Assembly (NCBI GenBank): GCA_038231435.1 | Contig: JBBRLJ010000063.1 | Coordinates: forward strand, 1 to 24,316 | Direction: 5' to 3' | DNA length: 24,316 nt | Source of the DNA: Planctomycetota bacterium | Lineage (GTDB): Bacteria > Planctomycetota > UBA11346 | Shown here: piece by piece, positions 8,841 to 18,342 of the stretch | How the letters are laid out: every line of letters begins with the position of its first letter | How positions within the stretch are numbered: the first letter of the stretch is position 1 | Translations under genes and position numbers: made by a program | The notes under the pieces: generated by a model | Databases searched by the model: none | What the model saw: only the letters and a program-made list of their open reading frames with translations | Told to the model about the DNA's origin: nothing

Positions 8841-10442
8841 TCAGTGGCGGAAGTGGCGGACGCCGGTGAAGGCCATGGCGATATCGTAGCGGTCGGCGGC
8901 GGCGATGACCTCGGCGTCGCCCTTCGAGCCGCCGGGCTGGATGATCGCGGCGACGCCCGCGGCGGCCGCGGTCTCGACCCCGTCGGGGAAGGGGAAGAAC
9001 GCATCGCTGCCGAGCGACGCGCCCCGGGTCTTGTCCTTGGCGGTCTTCTGCGCGAGGTTGGTGGCGATCCAGCTGGAATTGACCCGGCTCATCTGCCCGG
9101 CTCCGGCTCCGATCAGTTCGAGATCCTTGACCAGGCAGATGGCATTGGATTTCAGGTGCTTCGCCACCACCCAGGCGAAGGCCAGATCGCGCAGCTCGGC
9201 CGCGCTCGGCTGGCGCTTGGTGACGATCTTCAGGCTCGCGGCATCCCAGCCGAGGGTGTCGTAATCCTGCACGAGCAGGCCGCCGAGCACGTTCTTCACG
9301 TAGTTCGCCTGCTTCGGCGCCGGCGAGGCGAGGCCCGCCGCGAGCAGGCGCACGTTGGCCTTCCACTTCGGCTTGGTGGTGATGATGCGGAAGGCCTCGG
9401 CCGAGAACGAGGGCGCGACGATCACCTCGACGAAGCGCCCCGGATCGGCGATGCGCTCGGCGGTGGCGGCGTCGAGCTCGCGATTGACCGCGATGATCGA
9501 GCCGAATGCGGCCTGGGGGTCGCCTTCGTAGGCGCGCAGGAACGCCTGCTCGAGGCTGTCCGCCCCCGCGCAGCCGCAGGGGTTGGTGTGCTTGATGATG
9601 GCGCAGGTCGGCCCCTCGAACTCCTTCACCAGTTCCCAGGCGGCGTCGGCGTCCATCAGGTTGTTGTAGCTGAGCTCTTTACCGTGGAGCTGCTTGGCGC
9701 GCACCACGCTCGACGCGCCAGGCAGGCGCACGTCGTAGAGCGCGGCCTTCTGGTGCGGATTCTCGCCATAGCGCAGATCCTGGACCTTCTTCAGCGGGAT
9801 GGCGCATTCCGCCGGGAAGCGCTCGGCCTCCCACACGGTGGCGTCGCCGGCGGCCGCGATACGCGTGAGCTCGTCGGCGATCAGCGCGTCGTAGCGACCG
9901 GTGGCGCGGAAGACCTTGCGCGCGCATGCGGCGCGGAAGGTCGGCGTGGTGTCGCCAGCGTTGGCGGCGATCTCGTTGCGGAAGCGCGCGTAGTCGCCCG
10001 GATCCACCAGCACCGTCACCGCGTGGTGGTTCTTCGCCGCCGAGCGCAGCATGCTCGGCCCGCCGATGTCGATCTTCTCGATCTTGTCCGCGAGCGTCGC
10101 GCCTTGCGTGTCGCAGGTGGCCTCGAAGGGATAGAGGTTCACCACCACCAGGTCGATCAAGCCGATGCCGTGCGCCTGGGCGCTGGCGAGGTGGGCCGGG
10201 TCGTCGCGCCGGCAGAGCAGGCCGCCGTGGATCTTCGGGTGCAGGGTCTTGACGCGTCCGTCCATCATCTCGGGGAAGCCGGTGTGCTCGGCGACCTCGA
10301 TCACCGCGATGCCCGCGTCACGCAGGGCCTTGTAGGTGCCGCCGGTGGACAGCAGCTCGACGCCACGCGCGCTCAGATCCTGGGCGAGCTCGACCACCCC
10401 GGTCTTGTCGTAGACGGACAGCAAGGCGCGGCGGATCGTCAT
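8841..10442 (-). CDS. purH: Bifunctional AICAR transformylase/IMP cyclohydrolase
   Basis: RRALLSVYDKTG, GRVKTLHPKIHGG, IDIGGPSMLRSAAKN, LRYGENPHQ, KHTNPCG, GAGQMSRV, SDAFFPFPD, GVRHFRH. Start placed at MTIRRALL with gggag RBS. Confidence 0.98.
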   Translation of the reverse strand: MTIRRALLSVYDKTGVVELAQDLSARGVELLSTGGTYKALRDAGIAVIEVAEHTGFPEMMDGRVKTLHPKIHGGLLCRRDDPAHLASAQAHGIGLIDLVVVNLYPFEATCDTQGATLADKIEKIDIGGPSMLRSAAKNHHAVTVLVDPGDYARFRNEIAANAGDTTPTFRAACARKVFRATGRYDALIADELTRIAAAGDATVWEAERFPAECAIPLKKVQDLRYGENPHQKAALYDVRLPGASSVVRAKQLHGKELSYNNLMDADAAWELVKEFEGPTCAIIKHTNPCGCAGADSLEQAFLRAYEGDPQAAFGSIIAVNRELDAATAERIADPGRFVEVIVAPSFSAEAFRIITTKPKWKANVRLLAAGLASPAPKQANYVKNVLGGLLVQDYDTLGWDAASLKIVTKRQPSAAELRDLAFAWVVAKHLKSNAICLVKDLELIGAGAGQMSRVNSSWIATNLAQKTAKDKTRGASLGSDAFFPFPDGVETAAAAGVAAIIQPGGSKGDAEVIAAADRYDIAMAFTGVRHFRH

Positions 10443-10551
10443 GTGGGCTCCCGGACGAGGTGCGCGGCCACTGTCGAGGGCACGGCGCATCGTCAAGAGG
10501 ACCAGGACGGCGTGAGAGTTGATTATAAATTAACACACGTTACCTTAAGGC

Positions 10552-11430
10552 ATGGGCGCCCCTGATGGACATCATCCTGCGCGCACGCGTCGCATCGCCC
10601 GCCTGATGGCGCGCCTGACGCGCATCGCGCTCGGAGTGATCGTCCCGATGGTCCTGCTGCTGTATCTGATCCAGGACAAGCTGATCTATCATCCGCGTCC
10701 CTACCCTGCGGCGATGGCCATCCCCGCCGAGATCGAGGCCTTGCCATACGCGACCGGACAGGGCCCACAGCTCGCGTTCTACCGCGGCCCGGCCGCGCCC
10801 GAACGGATGTGGGTGGTGTTCGGCGGCAACGCCTCGCTGGCGCTCGAGTGGTACCACCTCATCGCCGAGGCGAAGGATCCATCCGCGGGTTTCCTGCTCA
10901 TCGATTATCCCGGCTACGGGACCTGCGCCGGCAAGTCTTCGCCGCGCACCATGCGCGCCAACGCCGATGGCGCGCTCGCCGCGCTGGCCGTGCGCCAGGG
11001 CCGGCCGCTCGCGGATCTCGAACGCCACCTGCGCGTGCTCGGACATTCGCTCGGTGCCGGCGTGGCGCTGGATTTCGCGCGTGGACATCCGTGCGAACGC
11101 GCGGTGCTGGTGGCGCCCTTCACCAGCCTGCGCGACATGGCGTGGCGCACTGTCGGCTGGCCGCTGAACTGGCTGCTCAAGGCGAACCTCGACAACCGCG
11201 CGCGCATCGGCGAACTGCTCGCCCGCGAGAGGCCGCCCGCGATCGTGATCTACCATGGCGACGCCGACGAGGTCATTCCGGTGGCCATGGGGCGCGAGTT
11301 GGCGCGGCTGTTCCCGGCCATCGTCTACCACGAGGCGCGCGGCTCGACGCACAACGGCATCAACGACGACCAGCGGCCAGCCATGCTCGCCGAGATATCG
11401 CTGCCGGACACCGCAGTCCACGGGCCTTGA
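10552..11430 (+). CDS. Alpha/beta hydrolase (Bem46/ABHD13-like) with N-terminal membrane anchor
   Basis: QDKLIYHP, DYPGYG, nucleophile GHSLG, HGDADEVIP (Asp) and THN (His). The start may instead be 10606. Confidence 0.9.
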   Translation: MGAPDGHHPARTRRIARLMARLTRIALGVIVPMVLLLYLIQDKLIYHPRPYPAAMAIPAEIEALPYATGQGPQLAFYRGPAAPERMWVVFGGNASLALEWYHLIAEAKDPSAGFLLIDYPGYGTCAGKSSPRTMRANADGALAALAVRQGRPLADLERHLRVLGHSLGAGVALDFARGHPCERAVLVAPFTSLRDMAWRTVGWPLNWLLKANLDNRARIGELLARERPPAIVIYHGDADEVIPVAMGRELARLFPAIVYHEARGSTHNGINDDQRPAMLAEISLPDTAVHGP

Positions 11431-11486
11431 GCGGCGCCAGGCCTTCGCCATAGTTCCGCCCTCCACCAGGACAGGAACGCCGACCC

Positions 11487-12788
<1,302 letters not shown>

Positions 12789-12825
12789 CTCGCGGCATCC
12801 GCGCGGGAAGGCCGGGGCAGGCCGA

Positions 12826-12867
12826 GAAATAGAGAAACCCGCGGCAAGCCGCGGGTTTCTCTATTTC
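12826..12867. terminator. Bidirectional intrinsic terminator between convergent eno and the MerR gene
   Basis: Perfect 20-bp inverted repeat GAAATAGAGAAACCCGCGGC-AA-GCCGCGGGTTTCTCTATTTC, giving a T-rich tail on both strands. Confidence 0.88.
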
Positions 12868-12897
12868 AGTCGGATCCAGGATTCAGTCGGATCTAGG
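12864..12897. repeat. Two-copy 17-bp tandem repeat
   Basis: TTTCAGTCGGATCCAGG followed by ATTCAGTCGGATCTAGG. Confidence 0.7.
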
Positions 12898-12914
12898 CGC
12901 GCGGGGGAATGCGC

Positions 12915-13769
12915 TCACACGTTCGCGGTCTTCTTGGCCCAGGCGACGTCCTGATTTGCATCCAGCAGTTCGATCAGGCCAGGGATCGACTCCGCGCCGA
13001 GCGTGGTGAGGCGGCCGAGCTGGCGGCTGCCGGCTGTTTCGGTCAAGTTCGCATCACTGACCGTTATATAGGCGCCGGTGGGCTCGCCGAGTTCGAAGCA
13101 GGGGCGCGCGGGAGTGCCGCGGTAGCAGAGGATGAGGGCGGTGAGGGCGGCCAGGGCATGGTCGCTCTCGCGGGCCGGCACCACCAAGAGCGGCTGGTCC
13201 TGGGTCTTGAGCATGCGCAGCAGCTGGACGCAGCGATCCTTCACCATCGAGATGACGTCGTTCTCCTCGGCGAAGCGGCGCTCGGCGCGACGCAGCTCCG
13301 AGATCGCGACCAGGCACGGCACCAGCGCGGTCTTCGGTTCATCGGCCGGCCGAACCGTCCAGAAGATGCGCTGCAGCAGTTCCTTCACCGCGGGGCCACG
13401 ACGGGTTTCGAGCGCCTCGATCAGATCGCGATGCAGGAGAGCCTCGCCGGGCTCGTGCGGCTTGGGCAGGGTGCGGGTCTTCGACAGCGTGCGCGGCGCG
13501 GGCGCGCGCGCATGGTCGGTCGGCCAGCGGGGTAGCCCGTCCACGATCAGATTGCTGATCGGCGTGCCGGATTTCACCAGTTGGGCGACGCGCCTGAGCT
13601 CTTGCACCTGGTGCTGGTTGTACGCTCGGTAGCCGTTGGATTTGCGTTTCGGGTTGGGCCAGCCGTAACGCAGCTCCCAGATGCGCAGAACGCTCGGGCT
13701 GAGGCCACAGGCCTTGCTGGCCTCGTTGATGTTCAGGGACTGGTTGGGAGACGAGTTGCCAGTGATCAT
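12915..13769 (-). CDS. MerR-family regulator with CarH/LitR-like architecture and a degenerate cobalamin-binding region
   Basis: N-terminal INEASKACGLSPSVLRIWELRYGWPNPKRKSNGYRAY...SGTPIS is the CarA/CarH-type MerR HTH. It is followed by a helical bundle and LLVVPARESDHALAAL...RG. Confidence 0.88.
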   Translation of the reverse strand: MITGNSSPNQSLNINEASKACGLSPSVLRIWELRYGWPNPKRKSNGYRAYNQHQVQELRRVAQLVKSGTPISNLIVDGLPRWPTDHARAPAPRTLSKTRTLPKPHEPGEALLHRDLIEALETRRGPAVKELLQRIFWTVRPADEPKTALVPCLVAISELRRAERRFAEENDVISMVKDRCVQLLRMLKTQDQPLLVVPARESDHALAALTALILCYRGTPARPCFELGEPTGAYITVSDANLTETAGSRQLGRLTTLGAESIPGLIELLDANQDVAWAKKTANV

Positions 13770-14111
13770 AAGGCCCTCGATGTATGAGTTCGCTGTTCAG
13801 GTAGCCAGCGACATGCCAACGCACCCTCCCAAAGTATTATATCCATGCGAAAACAGATATTTGCCCTTCTACGACCTAATAGAGTGATCATCCGAGTCGA
13901 TTTGCGAGTGTAGACCCTGTGTATGGTTACTGCGGTTTGCAGTAAAACCTTATACAGGCACTGCAATCGGCAAGGAATCCGGGCTGAACCCATCATTATA
14001 TCGAGCACAGCCCGTGACCGCAAAGACAACCCGAGAAGCCTTCCGAGCCGGTGACGGGTTGGCGCCGTGGCACGTACGCCTAGGCTCCCGCTCCTCCAAC
14101 CGGAGACGCCT

Positions 14112-14732
14112 GTGAGCGCTGATCCCAACCATGCCTTGCTCACCGAACTGGCGGCCGAGGCCAAACGACTCGCAGAGCACGGCTTCCTCGCCTGCACCGC
14201 CGGCAACCTCAGCGTGCGCCTGCTGGACGGTACCGTGGCGATGAGCCCCTCGGGCAAGGACAAGGGCGCGCTCGCGCCGATAGACTTCATTCCCGTGGGC
14301 GACGACGCCAAGCCGCTCCCACCGGATGCGCGCAAGCCATCGGACGAGACCGCGCTCCACTTGGCCATCTACCGCCGCACCGGCTGCGCCGCCGTCTGCC
14401 ATGGCCATCCGCCGCACGCGGTCGCGCTCAGCCTCATCGAGCGCGGGCCGGCGATCCGCTTCCAGGGCATCGAGATGCAGAAGGCCTTCGCCGGCGTCGC
14501 GAGCCACGAACCGGAGTGCGTCCTGCCGGTGATCGAGAACAGCCAGGACATGGCGGAGCTCGCGCGCCGCGCGCTCGATGCGCTGCGTGCCGAGATGCCT
14601 GCCATCCTGGTGCGCGGGCATGGCGTCTACGCATGGGGCAGGTCCGCCAAGGAAGCAGCGCGACATCTCGAGACCGTCGAATGGCTGTCGCGCGTGCGCT
14701 GGCTGTGTCTGGCCGCCTCGCGGCCGTCTTGA
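14112..14732 (+). CDS. mtnB: Methylthioribulose-1-phosphate dehydratase (class II aldolase family)
   Basis: TAGNLS, SPSGKDKG, KPSDETALH, HGH metal site, EMQKAFAGVASHE, PVIENSQDM, GHGVYAWG. GTG 14112 follows ggag; the ORF is open from 14067. Confidence 0.85.
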   Translation: MSADPNHALLTELAAEAKRLAEHGFLACTAGNLSVRLLDGTVAMSPSGKDKGALAPIDFIPVGDDAKPLPPDARKPSDETALHLAIYRRTGCAAVCHGHPPHAVALSLIERGPAIRFQGIEMQKAFAGVASHEPECVLPVIENSQDMAELARRALDALRAEMPAILVRGHGVYAWGRSAKEAARHLETVEWLSRVRWLCLAASRPS

Positions 14733-14883
14733 CCGGCATCGTCGCTGTCCGCGCTCGTTGTGCGCCGTCGCTGGATTAGGCGAGTTCTCCACAGGATCAC
14801 CGCGTCGATGACGGTCTCGGTCCGACAGGCTTGATCCGCACGATGTGGTCCTACGGTGGCCCTCCCCGAGGAACCAACCGACC

Positions 14884-16008
14884 ATGAGCCATGCCGACCT
14901 CTGCCGCGCCTCCGCGGCTTCGCTGCGAGCCGTGCCCGCGACCTTCAAGCCCGAGATCGTCGTCGGCTTCGATGGATTCGTCGACCACATCATCGACGTG
15001 GTCGAGACGCGCCAGACCACCACCAGCTACAGCTCGTTCAAGACCATCGCCGCGTACGGCAAGAAAGTGAACGAGGCGGCGGGCAAGAGCGCGAACTTCG
15101 AGATGGTGGTGAAGCAGAGCAAGATCGGCGGCAACGGCCCCATCATGGCCAATGCGCTGTGCAGCTACGACATGCAGGTGACAGCGATCGGCGTGCTCGG
15201 CGGCGACAAGGTCGAGCCTGCGTTCGTACCCCTCGCGTCGCGGGCGAAACGCATCGTCAATCTCGGACCGGCGTGCTCGACCGACGCGCTCGAATTCGCC
15301 GACGGCAAGCTGATGCTGGTGAAATCCCTGCCTTTGAACGCGGTCACCTACGATTGCCTGCTTGCCAAGGCGGGTGGCGTGGCTGGGGTCAAGGACCTGT
15401 TCCGAACGGCCAAGGGCATCGCGACCGTCAACTGGACGATGACGCTGGGCATGACCGACATGTGGCGCAGGTTCTGCGCTGACATCCTGCCAGGCTTGCG
15501 TACCGACCGTCCGTTGTGGTTCATCGATCTCGCGGATCCGGCGAAGCGCACCGTCGCGGACATCGAGGCCGGGCTGGCCGCGATGCGCGAGCTCCAGAAG
15601 CACGTCGACGTGGTGCTCGGTTTGAATGAGATGGAATGCCGGCAGGTGCTCGGAGTTCTCGGGCAAACGTGGCCGGCGGTGGAGCCCGAGTGGGAGGCCG
15701 CGCGCAAAGGGTGCGAGATCATCCGCGCCAAGCTCGGCATCGGCCGCGTCATGTGCCACCTGGTGAAATCATCGGCGGTGGCGTGGGACGGCGGCAGCGT
15801 CGGCGCGAGCGGCTTCTTCGAGCCCAAGCCGATGATCACCACCGGTGCGGGCGACCATTTCAACGCCGGCTTCGTCTCGGCGCTGCTCGCCGGCATCCCG
15901 CACGACCACGCCTTGCAGATCGGTGGCGCGACCAGCGGCGTGTACGTGCGCAGTGGCGTGTCGCCGAGCCGCGCCCAGGTGTGCGATTTCCTGCAGCGGC
16001 AAGCGTGA
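14884..16008 (+). CDS. PfkB/ribokinase-family carbohydrate kinase
   Basis: VGFDGFVD, KIGGNGPIMANAL, LGLNEME and anion-hole TTGAGDHFNAGF; gagga RBS before ATG 14884. Confidence 0.9.
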   Translation: MSHADLCRASAASLRAVPATFKPEIVVGFDGFVDHIIDVVETRQTTTSYSSFKTIAAYGKKVNEAAGKSANFEMVVKQSKIGGNGPIMANALCSYDMQVTAIGVLGGDKVEPAFVPLASRAKRIVNLGPACSTDALEFADGKLMLVKSLPLNAVTYDCLLAKAGGVAGVKDLFRTAKGIATVNWTMTLGMTDMWRRFCADILPGLRTDRPLWFIDLADPAKRTVADIEAGLAAMRELQKHVDVVLGLNEMECRQVLGVLGQTWPAVEPEWEAARKGCEIIRAKLGIGRVMCHLVKSSAVAWDGGSVGASGFFEPKPMITTGAGDHFNAGFVSALLAGIPHDHALQIGGATSGVYVRSGVSPSRAQVCDFLQRQA

Positions 16009-16131
16009 CGTCCGCCACCGACATGTCCCTTGCCGCATCCAGTGCCGAGAGCGTTGGGATGACGCGATTCCGCGGCCATCGTCGCGCCGCCGCGCCCATG
16101 CGTGGAGCGCGCTCTGGTGAAGCAGGAGCGA

Positions 16132-16170
16132 AAGCTGCGATGGAAGCTGCGATGGAAGCTGCGATGGAAG
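16132..16170. repeat. Perfect 12-bp tandem repeat (AAGCTGCGATGG x3 + AAG) upstream of dnaA
   Basis: Read directly from the sequence. Confidence 0.9.
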
Positions 16171-16432
16171 AGAGCCTCGCGATGCTGCTCACCAAGGGTG
16201 AAGTCAAGGGTCGTTCTCGTGGTCCGCTGCCAACCCTTGAGCCGAAATTTCCATGCTATAGATACTCGGTCCCCACCGACGTGCCCGAGCCCATGACCAT
16301 CGTCCACGCATCTATCGTCGTCCGTGCCTCGCGCGAACCCCATCCCCGTTCGTTCAGGGCGCGCGCCGGTCGCGCCGTCTCCGCGCTATCGATCCTGTCG
16401 TCCAGTACTGCGCAAAAGCCGGGAGCCCACTA

Positions 16433-17815
16433 GTGGCTCGTCAAGCGGTGGATGTGGTGCAGGCGTGGCAATCGATCCTCGATCGCGTGCGTTCTCCCGA
16501 GAACGAGGCGGCGGTGCGGCTGTGGCTGTCGTCGCAGAAGGTGCGGCCGCTCGCTGTCGAGGAAGGCGTGCTGACGCTGGAGTGTCCGACGGCGTTGTTC
16601 CAGGACACCATCCGCAAACGTTTCGGACGCCAGCTGGCCGACGCAGCCGCGGAAGCCCTGGGCATGCCTGTCACCGAGATCCGCTGCCAGGTGCCTGGCC
16701 GCGCCCTGCGCGAGCACGAGGAGCGAAAGCTGGCCGAGGGCGTCGCCTCGGCTCCCGCGGGCCGGCATATGACCCCGCGCCCGTCGCGCTCGTGGGGCCA
16801 CGGCTTCAAGCTGCTCGAGAGCTTTGTCGTCGGCAGCTGCAACCGCCTCGCGTACGACGCGGTGGTGAGGATCCTCGAGAATCCACACAATCCGGTGAAT
16901 CCGCTGTTCATCCACGGAGCCTCGGGACTCGGCAAGACCCATCTCGAACAGGGCTTGGCGCTGTCGTTCAAGGAGCGCTACCCGAAGAGCAAGGTCGAAT
17001 ACATCCGCTGCGAGCAATTCACCAACGACTACATCCGCGCCTGCAAGGAAGGCACCCTCGACGCCTTCCGGGTCAAGATGCGCCATCCCGACCTGCTCCT
17101 GATCGACGACATCCACTTCCTGAGCCAGGGCCAGATGATGCGCACCAAGGACGAGCTGTTCTCGACCTTCAATGAGCTGTCGGAGTGCGGCAAGAAGGTC
17201 GTGATCACCTCGGACGCGAGCCCTCGCGACATCCAGTACCTCGAGGAGCGCTTCATCCAGCGCTTCAGCGGCGGTCTGGTGGTCGAGATGCAAAAGCCAG
17301 ATGAGGTGGTGCGCCGCGAGGTCGTGCACGCCAAAGCGCGCTCCCAGGACGTCACCCTCAGCGACGAGGTAGTCGAGTACGTCGTCGACCACATCACCGA
17401 CAACATCCGCGAGCTCGAAGGCGCGGTGAACAAGCTGGTGCAGTTCGCCAAGAGCTTCCAGCGCCGCATCGATCTCGCGGCCACGCGCCAGGCGCTCGCG
17501 GACATGCTCGAGCGTGGCGCGGGCGAGTCGCAGACGGCGATGATCCTGCGCGAGGTCGCTGCGCGCTTCGCCATCACGGTCGACGATCTGGTGGGCAAGA
17601 ACCGTTCCGGTCCCCGCGCCACCGCCCGCCACGTGGCGATGTACGTGTTGAAGAACGCCAGCGCAGACACCTACTCGGCCATCGGTCAGGTGTTCGGGGT
17701 GAAGAGCCATTCGAGCGTCGCCTATGCCTGCGAGCAGGTGGCGCAGTACCGCACGAGTGATGCGCAGTTGGACAAGTTCATCGCGGATCTCCTCCTCCGC
17801 GCCCGCCGCTCCTAG
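16433..17815 (+). CDS. dnaA: Chromosomal replication initiator DnaA (divergent domain IV)
   Basis: Domain I (W...LWL...LTLECPTALFQD), FVVGSCNRLA, NPLFIHGASGLGKTHL, LLIDDIHFL, ELFSTFN, NIRELEGA, and domain IV ARHVAMY...IGQVFGVKSHSSV. gggag RBS 7 nt before the GTG. Confidence 0.95.
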   Translation: MARQAVDVVQAWQSILDRVRSPENEAAVRLWLSSQKVRPLAVEEGVLTLECPTALFQDTIRKRFGRQLADAAAEALGMPVTEIRCQVPGRALREHEERKLAEGVASAPAGRHMTPRPSRSWGHGFKLLESFVVGSCNRLAYDAVVRILENPHNPVNPLFIHGASGLGKTHLEQGLALSFKERYPKSKVEYIRCEQFTNDYIRACKEGTLDAFRVKMRHPDLLLIDDIHFLSQGQMMRTKDELFSTFNELSECGKKVVITSDASPRDIQYLEERFIQRFSGGLVVEMQKPDEVVRREVVHAKARSQDVTLSDEVVEYVVDHITDNIRELEGAVNKLVQFAKSFQRRIDLAATRQALADMLERGAGESQTAMILREVAARFAITVDDLVGKNRSGPRATARHVAMYVLKNASADTYSAIGQVFGVKSHSSVAYACEQVAQYRTSDAQLDKFIADLLLRARRS

Positions 17816-18342
17816 CTGCGGCCGTTCTCGTCGACGATGCCGGCGTTGGCTCACCGCTCGCGGTACACGAGTGGATGACTACACCAGCGGATGCCCCGAA
17901 GGGCATCCGGCTCGCGGGGCGCTCGCCCGCTTCGGGGTCGCCGCCTTGGCCTCGTCGACGATAACGGTCCTCGCTGTCTTCAGTGGATATAGACGGATTC
18001 GCCAGCGTGGGGACGTGGCGATATGTGGCTTCGCCAGGCCTGGGTTGACGTATGTGACGATTCCTTCCTGCTCTCGACTGGCCTGAGACGATCTAGGATC
18101 GGCTGGCCGGAGTGAGATTACTGGCGCATCGATTGGCGTAATTCGGGGTCGGCGGGGGGAGGGTGATCGCATCACACAGTCGGTCGGGGCGGCTGGGGCT
18201 GCGGGTTGCGGGGTCGGGGAATCGGTGGTTGGGGAGGGCTGGACGGGCGGGACAGCTCCTTGTGGCGCTCGCATCGGCGGTCTATAGTTTGTTCCAAGCC
18301 CTGTCCTGCCATTCGTTCAGGTGCATACCTCAAGGAGTTCCC

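Noticed and set aside
8676..10565. 629-aa + strand ORF, and similar long antisense ORFs over glyA, eno, dnaA, the TPR gene and recN
   Set aside because: Shadow frames expected from high GC3; no motifs, and they overlap well-supported genes.
13960..14066. SAM or c-di-GMP riboswitch upstream of mtnB
   Set aside because: Only isolated words (GGCAA, CGCAAAG) are present; conserved cores and stems could not be built.
14785..14793. TTCTCCACA near-DnaA box as evidence for oriC
   Set aside because: A single one-mismatch copy with no cluster or AT-rich unwinding element.
16132..16170. CRISPR array (also considered for 12864-12897 and the TPR repeats)
   Set aside because: Repeats are short and directly abutting or protein-coding, with no unique spacers and no cas genes.
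15860..16207. Minus-strand ORF with a signal-like SIAASIAASIAA start
   Set aside because: The hydrophobicity derives from the 12-bp repeat; it overlaps the PfkB 3' end and has no recognisable domain.
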